Shown in pieces: positions 19,617-29,514 of a DNA stretch of 64,000 bases. Source of the stretch: a phage; the sequence record PZ386974.1; one strand, written 5' to 3'. The notes under the pieces are model-generated. The model worked only from the letters and a program-made list of their open reading frames with translations. It did no database searches and was not told the origin of the DNA. The translations under genes and the position numbers were made by a program. Each line of letters opens with the position of its first letter. Position 1 is the stretch's first letter.

Positions 19617-21430
19617 TGGTGTTTAACCCTATGCATGATTTCTTTATTTTTGCCTAGATTAAATCCGCGTTCGTTCGGGTTTCCAAGATAACCACACGTT
19701 CTTCTTATTGTGTTCATCTTTTTAGGATCAGTTTCTCCACAAATAGAACAAACAAATCCGTTTTCAGTAGGAGTCATTTCATGGGTACTTCCACACGTAA
19801 AACATTTATCTACTGGCATATTAACACCAAAATAATCTAAATGTTGTGCAGCATAATCCCAGACAGCCTCAAGTCCCTTTAAATTGTTTTTCATATCTGG
19901 AAGTTCAACATAAGAAATGTGACCACCTGACGCAATGAAATGATATGGCGCTTCACGAGAAATCTTTTCAAACGGAGTAATATTTTCTTCTACTGAAACA
20001 TGGAAACTATTAGTGTACCAGCCTTTATCAGTGACATCCTTTACACTTCCATATTTTTCCGTGTCGAGTTTACAGAAACGATAACACAAGTTTTCAGCAG
20101 GAGTAGAATACAAGCTAAAAGCAAAACCGGTTCTTTCGGTCCACTGTTTAAGATGAGTATTCATTTTAGTTAAAATTTCTTGTCCAATATCACGACCGAC
20201 AAGAATATTCAATTCGTGAATACCAATGTATCCTAGGGACACTGAACTTCTACCGTTTTTAAATAACTCAATTATATCGTCATCAGGTTTAAGACGGACC
20301 CCGAATGCACCTTCTTGGTAAAGAATAGGAGCAACAGTCGCTTTAACCCCTTTTAAGGAACTAATTCTACACATCAAAGCTTCAAAACACAAATCCATTC
20401 GTTCATCGAACAATTCGGCAAATTTCTGTTCATTGAACTGTGTTCCAATATAAGAATCTAATGCGATACGAGGAAGATTCAGTGTTACAACACCGAGATT
20501 ATTACGTCCATCAAGAATTTCATTACCGGTCGAATCTTTCCATACGCTCAAGAAACTACGGCAACCCATTGGAGAAACAGGAACTGAAGAACCGGTAATA
20601 GCTTTATTATTCTTAACCGAAATAATATCAGGATACATTCTTTTGCTTGCGCACTCTAGAGCAAGCTGCTTAATATCATAGTTCGGATCATCTTTATAAA
20701 GATTAACACCTTCTTCAACAAACATAACAAGCTTAGGGAAAATAGGAGTTATTCCATCACGACCAAGACCTTTAATGCGGTTTTTAAGAATTGCCTTCTG
20801 AATCATTCGTTCAGTCCAATCGGTTCCCGTACCAAATGTAATTGTTACAAAAGGCGTTTGTCCGTTTGAACTAAAGAGAGTATTTACTTCATATTCATAA
20901 GCTTGGAATGCGTCATAGACATCTTTTTCTGTTTTGGATTGAGCATAATTCAACGCATCAGCGATTTGCCATTTTTCTGCATCTTCAATATGTTTTGCAT
21001 AGGTGCGTTTAACATAAGGAGAAAGTACTTTATCTACATTAGCAAAAGTCGTTCCGCCATACTGGTGAGAAGCAACTTGTGCGGTAATTTGTGCCATAAT
21101 TGCAGTAGCAACGCCAATAGATTTAGGCGTTTCAATTTGAGCATTGCCTAATTTAAATCCATTCTCAAGCATCCCATTTAAATCGACTAAACAGCAATTA
21201 GTAAATGGAAGAGCAGGAGAATAATCAATATCATGCATGTGAATGATTCCGCTTTCATGCGCATTCATAATAAAAGACGGGACCATATTTTTGGCAATGT
21301 GCTTAGACACAATACCAGCCATAAGGTCCCGTTGAGTTGGAAAAACACGAGAATCTTTATTAGCATTCTCGTTTAAAAGGTCTTTATTAGTTTTATGAAT
21401 TAATCCTTCAATTTCTTTTTCAATTTTCAT
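19613..21430 (-). CDS. nrdD: anaerobic ribonucleoside-triphosphate reductase NrdD (uninterrupted)
   Basis: 605 aa; C-terminal glycyl-radical motif RRTCGYLG and Zn-ribbon CFTCGS...CSICG. Confidence 0.95.
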   Translation of the reverse strand: MKIEKEIEGLIHKTNKDLLNENANKDSRVFPTQRDLMAGIVSKHIAKNMVPSFIMNAHESGIIHMHDIDYSPALPFTNCCLVDLNGMLENGFKLGNAQIETPKSIGVATAIMAQITAQVASHQYGGTTFANVDKVLSPYVKRTYAKHIEDAEKWQIADALNYAQSKTEKDVYDAFQAYEYEVNTLFSSNGQTPFVTITFGTGTDWTERMIQKAILKNRIKGLGRDGITPIFPKLVMFVEEGVNLYKDDPNYDIKQLALECASKRMYPDIISVKNNKAITGSSVPVSPMGCRSFLSVWKDSTGNEILDGRNNLGVVTLNLPRIALDSYIGTQFNEQKFAELFDERMDLCFEALMCRISSLKGVKATVAPILYQEGAFGVRLKPDDDIIELFKNGRSSVSLGYIGIHELNILVGRDIGQEILTKMNTHLKQWTERTGFAFSLYSTPAENLCYRFCKLDTEKYGSVKDVTDKGWYTNSFHVSVEENITPFEKISREAPYHFIASGGHISYVELPDMKNNLKGLEAVWDYAAQHLDYFGVNMPVDKCFTCGSTHEMTPTENGFVCSICGETDPKKMNTIRRTCGYLGNPNERGFNLGKNKEIMHRVKHQ

Positions 21431-21900
21431 TTTAAACTCTTTCTAAGCTGCTTTTTGAATGAAGCTATTAATTGTGTTTTAGTGTCAGATTCATTATATT
21501 TAAATCCTCTTTGAAGCATCTCAGTCATCATTTCCTCTTTACCTAGTCTTGAGAACTCTTTAGTTTTGTCTGGAACAAAATTAGGATGGATATTATTATC
21601 AGAATAATCTTGTTTCAAATAAGCAAGAAGAGCTTCAAGCCATTCGAGGTAATCAACGTTTTGACCTTTAAGACCAGAACGGTTGAACTTATGCTTCATT
21701 TGACCTTCTGCTGCGTTGCACAGGTTACATAGTAAACCACGAACCTTACCTGCTTTTGGCCCGTTTAATTCATGGTCGTGGTCAAGATGGTTACCTTGAA
21801 CATCAGGGTCTAATTCACGGTGGCAAATAGGACACTTACCGTTCTGTGCATCATAAAATTTTTGTTTTTCTTCTTTATATTTTGCGCCTGATAATAACAT
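21427..21900 (-). CDS. 49: endonuclease VII (Holliday junction resolvase) gp49
   Basis: 157 aa; KEEKQKFYDAQNGKCPICHRELDPDVQGNHLDHDHELNGPKAGKVRGLLCNLCNAAEG is near-identical to my recollection of T4 endo VII. Confidence 0.9.
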   Translation of the reverse strand: MLLSGAKYKEEKQKFYDAQNGKCPICHRELDPDVQGNHLDHDHELNGPKAGKVRGLLCNLCNAAEGQMKHKFNRSGLKGQNVDYLEWLEALLAYLKQDYSDNNIHPNFVPDKTKEFSRLGKEEMMTEMLQRGFKYNESDTKTQLIASFKKQLRKSLK

Positions 21901-21935
21901 GATAAACCCTTACCTTAAATAGATAAGGGTATTTA

Positions 21936-22349
21936 TTAACTTAAACGTCTTTCTAAATATTCAATGTATTCTGCGGCTGCTTGCATCAGGTTACCTTCAT
22001 AGCCGTCGTTATTTTCTTGTCCGGCTAATTTAGCTAATGCATAAGAAATTCGTTCACCTTCGAATTCACCAAGTCCGCCATCACAAACTTCTTGGTCAAT
22101 TTCTTCGAGTTCATCTATTGAATGGGATTCCCAGAAGCACCAAAGAGAAGTATCACGGTCATAGATGCAAAGTTTCTCACCTGTGTTCAACATCACTTCG
22201 ATAATGCCATGGTCGCCATAACCATCTTCGGTAGTAGTACCAATTACCTTGATGATTGTTCCTTTCTTTAATTCAGGAAACTTGACTTGTAGTTCTTCAT
22301 CTTCTTTAACAATCTTGAACCATTTACCGCGAGTTTCAGAAATATTCAT
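21936..22349 (-). CDS. hypothetical acidic protein (137 aa)
   Basis: Start placed at ATG 22349 (MNISETRG...), 1 nt after the stop of the upstream ORF; the track extension to 22487 is hydrophobic and overlaps that ORF. Confidence 0.45.
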   Translation of the reverse strand: MNISETRGKWFKIVKEDEELQVKFPELKKGTIIKVIGTTTEDGYGDHGIIEVMLNTGEKLCIYDRDTSLWCFWESHSIDELEEIDQEVCDGGLGEFEGERISYALAKLAGQENNDGYEGNLMQAAAEYIEYLERRLS

Positions 22350-22350
22350 A

Positions 22351-22548
22351 TCAATATTCTCTATAAAAGTTACGATGAGAACGTTTAGCTTTGCGAAGCT
22401 GACGTTTAGTAGGACGAACTGTAAATGGTTGTCCAGAGAAAAAATTCGGATCGGTTTTAATAAGCAAATACCAATCATGCTTGCCATTTTTTAATAAACG
22501 GTACAATAATTTAACTTGCATAATAATCTCTTCCCATTTCCATATCAA
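22351..22548 (-). CDS. hypothetical basic protein (65 aa)
   Basis: ORF with basic C-terminus. Confidence 0.4.
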   Translation of the reverse strand: MIWKWEEIIMQVKLLYRLLKNGKHDWYLLIKTDPNFFSGQPFTVRPTKRQLRKAKRSHRNFYREY

Positions 22549-22822
22549 TTAATTCATTTATTGAAGGTTCATCATAACACGTTTCTTCGTCGTTGTAAAA
22601 TGTTTCGACGTCTGGCTCGACCGTCTCCCATCGAGCCGAATACCACGGTTTAACCGCGGAGCTTATTGAGCTCTTCATAATCAATCCAGGATTCTAGTCC
22701 GGATGGTAAAGCCGATTCAATTTCCCAAAGAAGCTCTTCAATTTTTTGAAGACGATCTAATTCTTCAACAGGAATAGTAACCATTGATGGAGCTCTTGCT
22801 GCACTAATATCGTAAATCATAT

Positions 22823-23038
22823 TTACCCCAGTTTAACCATGCAATCGCCGTATTTCCATTTAGAAATAGACTTTTCGCCATTAGAATAATAAACTTCGAG
22901 TTTAGCACGATTATTTTTAATTTGAATAACCTTGGCTGTCATCAAAGTTCCATACCCATAGTAAACTGCAACTTCATCACCTACATACACCGCGTTTCCA
23001 CGGTAGTCATGGATATAATCAGTTCCTTTAAGCATCAT
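22823..23038 (-). CDS. hypothetical protein (71 aa)
   Basis: ORF. Confidence 0.45.
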   Translation of the reverse strand: MMLKGTDYIHDYRGNAVYVGDEVAVYYGYGTLMTAKVIQIKNNRAKLEVYYSNGEKSISKWKYGDCMVKLG

Positions 23039-23298
23039 TTAAAATATTCCCGCAGTTGATCAAATCCACCGATCGAAGTTCCATCAGGAGCAAACACCTG
23101 AGGCATCGTCAACCCAACATGTGTTTCACGTCCTAGTTTATTCAGAAGCTCGTCAATTTTTTCTTCATCAAATACACCTTTCTCTGGCATCACGTTAATG
23201 AATTCGAACGGCTGTTTCTTAACAGTCAGCAATCGTTTCGCATTATCACAATAAATGCATTTATGAATAGTAGAGTCATACCCGTACACTTTAAACAT
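23035..23298 (-). CDS. nrdC: glutaredoxin/thioredoxin NrdC
   Basis: MFKVYGYDSTIHKCIYCDNAKRLLTVKKQPFEFINVMPEKGVFDEEKIDELLNKLGR matches T4 NrdC; CxxC motif; start at MFKVYGYD. Confidence 0.85.
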   Translation of the reverse strand: MFKVYGYDSTIHKCIYCDNAKRLLTVKKQPFEFINVMPEKGVFDEEKIDELLNKLGRETHVGLTMPQVFAPDGTSIGGFDQLREYFK

Positions 23299-23704
23299 TA
23301 TTTTTCCTTTCATCAATTAAATATGCAATGCCAAATACAATACATGTAATAAAACCTGTGATACAGATAGAAACCAACAACACTGTACCAAAGAACCAAA
23401 TCAAGTTATCTTTAGTAGTTTGTTTGATATCCATCTCACGAATTTCTATAGCTATCGTATCACCTTTATTCAGAAGCGTATAAAACGATGGCGATACACG
23501 CCTGTCAAAAACTCGTCCTTGCTCATCTTTATAGACGGCAATAAATTCTAATTTAGAATATTTTCCTGTAGATTGACCTGAGATTAGCTCTACTACCTCC
23601 ACAGGAATTACTTTAGTTTCCATGTAAGTATTCTGGCTGTTCCAAATGAACGGGATGATGGCAAAAACTAAAGCTGCAATAAAACAACGAAGACTATATC
23701 TCAT
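23291..23704 (-). CDS. membrane protein (137 aa)
   Basis: N- and C-terminal hydrophobic helices. Confidence 0.5.
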   Translation of the reverse strand: MRYSLRCFIAALVFAIIPFIWNSQNTYMETKVIPVEVVELISGQSTGKYSKLEFIAVYKDEQGRVFDRRVSPSFYTLLNKGDTIAIEIREMDIKQTTKDNLIWFFGTVLLVSICITGFITCIVFGIAYLIDERKNNV

Positions 23705-24009
23705 TATAATGTTCTCTCAAATTTGTGGAAGCATTTACGGCATTTCAATTTCAAGTTATCACTGGTCCAGTTAACCAGTTGGACTTGGATAGTTCCACAT
23801 TCTGGGCATGGGTGTTTTGCTGCCGATTTGGCAGCATTTTCACGTCGTTCAACCATTTTCATTATTTCGTTCCATGCTGGAGGAACGAACTCTTCTTCAC
23901 CATGAATTTTATCTCGCTGAACAAATTCAATCTTTGAACTATCATCAATAAACTTAACTAAGCCATGATTAGTGCTCATATCAATATCCTCTAGAAGACG
24001 TAGGTTCAT
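23704..24009 (-). CDS. zinc-ribbon protein (101 aa)
   Basis: CPECG...CRKC Cys pairs. Confidence 0.5.
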   Translation of the reverse strand: MNLRLLEDIDMSTNHGLVKFIDDSSKIEFVQRDKIHGEEEFVPPAWNEIMKMVERRENAAKSAAKHPCPECGTIQVQLVNWTSDNLKLKCRKCFHKFERTL

Positions 24010-24956
24010 TATAACACCTCAATGGCATTTCGTAAACCATCCGCTTTCGCGTTCAGAGCTTTTAACGATTTAGTCTGTTCTTTAATCTGGGCTTCGACTT
24101 CTTTAAGACGAGATTTGAGATATTCACGTTCTTCGCTCAAGTTGTCAACTTTTTCTACTTTAGGTTCTTTAATAGTCTTAAGTTTATACTCGTTAGGGTT
24201 CTTCAACTTAATTTGAATGCGAGAACTGAATAACATCGAACCGTTATCTTCGGTTTCGTCATACATTTCTACTACGTCCATGATTCTTAACATCATGCGA
24301 AGTTTATAAGACAGCGAACGAACGGTTTTATTGTGCTTCTTAATTTCTTCAGCTTTCATGGTGCCGAGATTACGTGAGTAGTAATAAGGAACCTGGATAT
24401 CAATTGACAATGATGCGTTACCATTACCTGTTGGTTTGAATACTGCAGTAACCCAATCTTTAACATGAACTTTATTTGTACGATCATCGCCACCAGTGAA
24501 TAATTTACGAGAATGTTTAAAAAGCATATTCACTTGGTTATTGAATTCACAAGCAAATTTATCAGCAAATTTAGTTTCAGGAATGGTAGATAACCAATCA
24601 GCCAAATGAGTCTTTTTAACATCATTAACAATAGTGAATTCAACCAAATCGGTTTTAGATGTCACAGATTTAATAAAGCTCGGCTTCATAAAGTTTTTAA
24701 TGTTATCGCGAGCTACAGTAGAAGATAATAAACGAGAACGTTTGAACCATTGAAGCAGCGTCCCTAATGAATGAGAATATGCATTTTGAGTATCTTTACA
24801 GATATGATTTTCTTGGCCTGTGTATGTAAGAAAATCACGAAGAATACTATAAACCACACCTTTATGTGGAACATCAGTCCAAGCACCAGTAGCACGTTGA
24901 GCGTGAGCGTTAGCGATAAGACCGGCAAAGTATTCAATGTAATGTGAACGTGTCAT
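24009..24956 (-). CDS. hypothetical protein with C-terminal coiled coil (315 aa)
   Basis: First of three tandem ~320-aa ORFs, each with its own promoter element. Confidence 0.6.
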   Translation of the reverse strand: MTRSHYIEYFAGLIANAHAQRATGAWTDVPHKGVVYSILRDFLTYTGQENHICKDTQNAYSHSLGTLLQWFKRSRLLSSTVARDNIKNFMKPSFIKSVTSKTDLVEFTIVNDVKKTHLADWLSTIPETKFADKFACEFNNQVNMLFKHSRKLFTGGDDRTNKVHVKDWVTAVFKPTGNGNASLSIDIQVPYYYSRNLGTMKAEEIKKHNKTVRSLSYKLRMMLRIMDVVEMYDETEDNGSMLFSSRIQIKLKNPNEYKLKTIKEPKVEKVDNLSEEREYLKSRLKEVEAQIKEQTKSLKALNAKADGLRNAIEVL

Positions 24957-24984
24957 AATATTTTCCTCTCGTTAAGATAAATTC

Positions 24985-25014
24985 ATTATACTCCAACCAT
25001 CCTTGGTTGTAAAC
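24985..25014 (-). promoter_or_regulatory. early-type promoter GTTTAC-N18-TATAAT with spacer hairpin CAACCA-AGGA-TGGTTG
   Basis: Consensus hexamers and 18-bp spacing on the minus strand; copies at 26005..26034 and 46546..46575. Confidence 0.55.
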
Positions 25015-25018
25015 TGAT

Positions 25019-25978
25019 TTATGATTTTAACGCATTCATTGCGTTAAAAAGTTTAGAATACTGCAACTGGAGATTCGTTACAACACTTTGAGCATCACGA
25101 AGCTTAGCTTGTGCTTTGTCAAGTTCAACAGACAGTTGGTCCATAGTGGCCTTGATTTGATTGTAATGGTAATCTTCGACCGGAAGAAGGTCATTAGAAA
25201 CATTTAGTTTTACTGCAGACAGTTTGCACACATTTGGCAAACCTTTAAACATTGATTTACCCGAAGTAGAATAAGCACTTAGGACTTCGGCCTGTTCAAT
25301 TGGGGTCCCAGTAAGCGATGCTTCAAACGTTGCATTTTCCTTTTTAAGATTTTGATAATATTCGGAGTCTTTGTGCCACCATGGCGCAGGAACCTTTTTA
25401 CCAATAGATACACGAGCCTGGATAGCGATATGGCCCTTATTCTTGATAGGGTTGATAATATTAAGCTCACGAGAATAAATTGCTTTAATCTGGTGGATAT
25501 TATCACCTAACACTTCCAATGCTTGGTGGAATACACGAGCAACGTTATCATTCTTAGGTTTATACGTAAGAGTGAACTCATTCTCACTGATAACCATGAT
25601 TTCCAACTTATCGTAAGTATATTTCAAATGTTTCATGTTAATTGCTTGAGGACGAATACGAGAAGCAATGGCCATCAGATTGTTAAGGTTATTCCGGAAC
25701 TGCTTAGCGAAATATTGACCTTCACCGCCAATACAAAAATTACGAAGTTTCTGTTTGGCCAATAAACGGCTGAACTCACCATTTTTAATGAACTCTTTAA
25801 CGGGTGTGTTAGTAACGCATTCAAATTGGGTAAACATACGAGAAGTAATCCCATAATATGAACAGATTTCCTCAATCTCTTCAGGAGTCTTTACAGGCAT
25901 ACGGATAGGATTAGGTCCTGGAGTATATGCGTTCGAGGTAAATTCTTTGATAAGTTCTCTACGTGTAATAAAAGCCAT
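25019..25978 (-). CDS. hypothetical protein with C-terminal coiled coil (319 aa)
   Basis: Second tandem ~320-aa ORF. Confidence 0.6.
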   Translation of the reverse strand: MAFITRRELIKEFTSNAYTPGPNPIRMPVKTPEEIEEICSYYGITSRMFTQFECVTNTPVKEFIKNGEFSRLLAKQKLRNFCIGGEGQYFAKQFRNNLNNLMAIASRIRPQAINMKHLKYTYDKLEIMVISENEFTLTYKPKNDNVARVFHQALEVLGDNIHQIKAIYSRELNIINPIKNKGHIAIQARVSIGKKVPAPWWHKDSEYYQNLKKENATFEASLTGTPIEQAEVLSAYSTSGKSMFKGLPNVCKLSAVKLNVSNDLLPVEDYHYNQIKATMDQLSVELDKAQAKLRDAQSVVTNLQLQYSKLFNAMNALKS

Positions 25979-26004
25979 TTTATATTCCTCATGTTGAAAA
26001 ATTT

Positions 26005-26034
26005 ATTATACTCCAACCATCCTTGGTTGTACAT
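26005..26034 (-). promoter_or_regulatory. early-type promoter (ATGTAC-N18-TATAAT) with the same spacer hairpin
   Basis: Near-identical 30-bp copy of the 24985..25014 element. Confidence 0.5.
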
Positions 26035-27029
26035 CATTCCTTAAGAAGTTTTACTACTTGAATAAGATTAGCTCGTTCTGTTTTATTTTTACCGTTTAAG
26101 CCTGCTAATCGTGAGATTTCATCGTCAGTCTGTTGAATAGTTACATTAAGTTCGTTAATCAAAGCTTCAAAGTATTTGATTTGCTCAGCATGTTTTGATT
26201 CAAATTTCTGAACCGGAATAACGTCTTGGTTCAGTTCATCAATAAGGTCTTTAAGAGCATCTTCTTGGTTGATATCATATTCAACTTCTTTTATTTCTTC
26301 AACTAGCTCGTCTTTATATCTAACGTCTTTTAGTCCTGGTGCTGGTCCTGAAATCTCTTCTTTAAGAGTACAAACATACCCAATACGGTATCCAGTGCCG
26401 TCTCGCTTGATATCAACTTCGTCGATAAATCCACAATGTTTGAGACCAGAGCCGATTAGGTCAAAATATCCTTGACGACGTCCTTCAAACGTTACACGAA
26501 CTACTAAGACAGTTTTGCCTGCAATCTTTTGAAGCTCACATTTATAAAAGTCAGTTGAACCTGAATAACGTGGATGAGTTTTAAAGTTCATCTGACGATC
26601 TAGGCCCATTTGTAAACGTGCTGTTACGGCCATAAAACGTGTTTGGTTCTCGTTAAGATGAGCAACAATCCATTTCAAAGGCATTTTACACTGTTCACGA
26701 CCGAACAAATCAGTACGTCCTAGATTACGCAGGATGTTGTTAGAGTTAATCATCGACAGAACGTTAAGTTTATTCAGCGCGCTGAAGATTCCATCAGCCA
26801 TTGATTTTCCGTAGCCTTTACACGCTTTAATAAGCGCTCGCGGTAGATTAGTATAGATTTCAGACGGCATATGAAAATCAAATTTACTAACCAGTAATTG
26901 ATGAACTTGGATAGCAATTCGTTCATAATTAAGCGCTCTGCGATCATTATGGTCTTTAAACCACACTTTAATCTGTGAAGCACATAAACCGTTAATTTCA
27001 TGTTTTATCGCATCAGATGTAATGCTCAT
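26034..27029 (-). CDS. hypothetical protein with C-terminal coiled coil (331 aa)
   Basis: Third tandem ~320-aa ORF. Confidence 0.6.
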   Translation of the reverse strand: MSITSDAIKHEINGLCASQIKVWFKDHNDRRALNYERIAIQVHQLLVSKFDFHMPSEIYTNLPRALIKACKGYGKSMADGIFSALNKLNVLSMINSNNILRNLGRTDLFGREQCKMPLKWIVAHLNENQTRFMAVTARLQMGLDRQMNFKTHPRYSGSTDFYKCELQKIAGKTVLVVRVTFEGRRQGYFDLIGSGLKHCGFIDEVDIKRDGTGYRIGYVCTLKEEISGPAPGLKDVRYKDELVEEIKEVEYDINQEDALKDLIDELNQDVIPVQKFESKHAEQIKYFEALINELNVTIQQTDDEISRLAGLNGKNKTERANLIQVVKLLKE

Positions 27030-27091
27030 AACTATTTCCTCAGATTGAATTGGAACTCAAAACCATTATAACCCGTCCTTGGGTAAAGCGT

Positions 27092-27619
27092 TTATGCGTG
27101 AACCGTCTTTAAACGTTCTTCAAATTTCCGAAGAGTACTAATACGTTCTGCTTTCTGTTTTGTATAGTTTGCAATACGTTCCGAAGTGAGAGCGTATCGT
27201 TCGTTTACTGTTTCTTTCATGAAGTCAGGGATTTCACGAGAAGCTTTAATTTCATCAAACTTATCGAGTACTGCCTGGTCTTCAGCGATTAAATTTTCGT
27301 ACATCTCGATATCTTTCTTAATAAACTCGATATCTTCCTGGGTTACTTTGGATAAACGAGATGCTTTATCCTTTTTGTACTGCTCGTTAGTTTCACGAGA
27401 CCAGAATAATGTACGGTTTTTGTTAGTGTTTTTGTAGACTTCCACAATTCCAACTGAATCGATGATAACAATCCAATTCCAGCGAGATTTGAAAATCTGA
27501 CCTCCATCTACGGTAATCTCGTTACCATAAGCAACGTCATTAAAGAACTTGCTTTGTGCTTCAGATTTAAATTTACCGTCGTTATAATTTACCAGGTTGA
27601 AAATATCTTTAGCGTTCAT
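27092..27619 (-). CDS. hypothetical protein (175 aa)
   Basis: ORF with coiled-coil C-terminus. Confidence 0.55.
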   Translation of the reverse strand: MNAKDIFNLVNYNDGKFKSEAQSKFFNDVAYGNEITVDGGQIFKSRWNWIVIIDSVGIVEVYKNTNKNRTLFWSRETNEQYKKDKASRLSKVTQEDIEFIKKDIEMYENLIAEDQAVLDKFDEIKASREIPDFMKETVNERYALTSERIANYTKQKAERISTLRKFEERLKTVHA

Positions 27620-27646
27620 GTTTTACCTCCAGTAGTTGATAGGTCT

Positions 27647-27675
27647 ATAATAACATAACCATAGACCTTGTAAAC
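27647..27675 (-). promoter_or_regulatory. early-type promoter GTTTAC-N17-TATTAT with inverted repeat GGTCTAT/ATAGACC
   Basis: Read on minus strand upstream of ORF 27092..27619. Confidence 0.5.
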
Positions 27676-27677
27676 AA

Positions 27678-27965
27678 CTAAAAGAAACTTTTTTCGGTAT
27701 TTTTTCCACTGAACCAAACCGACTTCGGGATTTTTTGTAATTTTTCAGATTTAAGTTTCTCTTCCTGTTCTTTCTTATATACACCCTTGTCGTACTGGAG
27801 CATCTCTATGGCATTCTTTTGCAAACGATCTAAGGTAATTAAGGCTTTAGTTTTTCCTTTCAAGGAAGAGTCCTGGCGAACCTCCTCGCTATATTGCATC
27901 GTAGAACTAACCATACGATGAGCATAGAGTTCGACTGCGGCTTTAATTTTTTGCATAAAATCCAT
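27678..27965 (-). CDS. hypothetical protein (95 aa)
   Basis: ORF. Confidence 0.5.
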   Translation of the reverse strand: MDFMQKIKAAVELYAHRMVSSTMQYSEEVRQDSSLKGKTKALITLDRLQKNAIEMLQYDKGVYKKEQEEKLKSEKLQKIPKSVWFSGKNTEKSFF

Positions 27966-28102
27966 AACATATCCTCTTTGATTTGTACATCATTATTTTA
28001 AATATTTCTATGCCCTCAGTAGGTTCCTAGTGTCCTTCTTTGAGGTAAGCCATATGATTATTCATCTTTATGGCTTTTGTTACCTCAGAACTTCCTATAA
28101 GC

Positions 28103-29104
28103 TTATTTCAGTAAAGTTACTTCGGAGATTTCCTCCCAACCATCTTTATCAGTTGAAATAAAATCTGCTACATAAAGAGCCGTACGTAATGATACATTGC
28201 GAAGACGAGATACGTTAGCCTTCATCCAGGACAATGCTTTGTACGTTTCAGCATCAGTCAGACCACGTTTCTGCATCATGTCAGTAGATAATATTACGTC
28301 TTCAACTCGAACCATAATCTCTTCATTAGAGTGTACTCCAAGGTCGAGATACACTGAACGAGATACTAAAGCTTGAAGGTGTGGGGCAAGTTTCGAACCA
28401 CGTTCTAACTCTTTATCGATATCAACGTTTGTAATGAAAACGATAGTACCTTCAAACTCAAATTCTTTATCAATACCCTTATCATCAAGATAAGATGACG
28501 CAGTGCTCCAACAAACTTTGCGTTTATCTCCGGTATCTAATGCTGCTTTAAGAAGGTTCAAGATATCCATATCAGAGAATACATCAACATCGTCGATTAA
28601 GAGAACGCTGTCTGCATCACGGTTGAGCCAAAGTTGTTCGTAAAGGCCGATACCAGAGATTTTACCATTAATGCTTTTGTATTTGATGAAACCATTATCA
28701 TTAGCATTATTAAGTGCTTTATCCAGAGAATACGTCTTACCAATACCGGCTGCACCTGAAATGATGAGTGAACGAATTTTGCCATCGATAATGCCATTCG
28801 TCATCATGTTCATTACTTTAAAGCGTTTGTTGATACGAGTTTTCATATCTTCAGTGCTTTCAACAACTGCAACTGGTGATGTCTCAACTCCTTCCATTAC
28901 GATGTCTGATTTGAAGACCCATACTCCACGTTCAGAACCATCAATCATAACGAAAATTTTACCATCACCTAAGTGGGAACATTCAGGATTAAGCTTTGCT
29001 GGGAACCATGTCTTTGTGGCGACATAAGAACCAGAGATTTCGTTATTACGATAGATACCTTTTTTGATTTGAACGTTGAACATTTTATTCTCCAATTTAC
29101 TCAT
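28103..29104 (-). CDS. P-loop NTPase / AAA-like ATPase (333 aa)
   Basis: Walker A ISGAAGIGKT and Walker B-like VLLIDDVD. Confidence 0.6.
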   Translation of the reverse strand: MSKLENKMFNVQIKKGIYRNNEISGSYVATKTWFPAKLNPECSHLGDGKIFVMIDGSERGVWVFKSDIVMEGVETSPVAVVESTEDMKTRINKRFKVMNMMTNGIIDGKIRSLIISGAAGIGKTYSLDKALNNANDNGFIKYKSINGKISGIGLYEQLWLNRDADSVLLIDDVDVFSDMDILNLLKAALDTGDKRKVCWSTASSYLDDKGIDKEFEFEGTIVFITNVDIDKELERGSKLAPHLQALVSRSVYLDLGVHSNEEIMVRVEDVILSTDMMQKRGLTDAETYKALSWMKANVSRLRNVSLRTALYVADFISTDKDGWEEISEVTLLK

Positions 29105-29121
29105 TTCGTTTCGATAGGTCT

Positions 29122-29150
29122 ATAATAACATATCCTAAAAGCATGTACAC
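29122..29150 (-). promoter_or_regulatory. early-type promoter (GTGTAC-N17-TATTAT)
   Basis: Hexamers and spacing on the minus strand upstream of the ATPase gene. Confidence 0.45.
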
Positions 29151-29201
29151 TACTTTTTAAAAATATTTTAACCCCCTAAAGGGACCCGAAGGTCCCCACA
29201 T

Positions 29202-29483
29202 TTACTTATCGCACTTAGCAACATAATTAGGCATATCACAGAATACGGAGCGAGTAACTACTCGACCCTTTGACCATGCTTCAGTTGCTTGTCCGGCAGT
29301 GCTATTAATATAGCTTGATTTGATATTCTCAATACCCTGAGAATGTGATGCATTTACCGAACCGTTGGAAGGCCCAGAAGACTGGTTACCACCAGCTCCT
29401 GCACTACCGCTGGCTGCACCCGTGGTAGCACCAACAGAGAACGCCATCATTACTGCGAATAAACCAATTACTAATTTTTTCAT
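29202..29483 (-). CDS. secreted Gly/Ser-rich protein (93 aa)
   Basis: N-terminal signal-peptide-like MKKLVIGLFAVMMAFSVGA followed by a low-complexity Gly/Ser/Ala region. Confidence 0.5.
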   Translation of the reverse strand: MKKLVIGLFAVMMAFSVGATTGAASGSAGAGGNQSSGPSNGSVNASHSQGIENIKSSYINSTAGQATEAWSKGRVVTRSVFCDMPNYVAKCDK

Positions 29484-29514
29484 ATTTACCTCAAGTGAAT
29501 GGTTATTTATCTAT

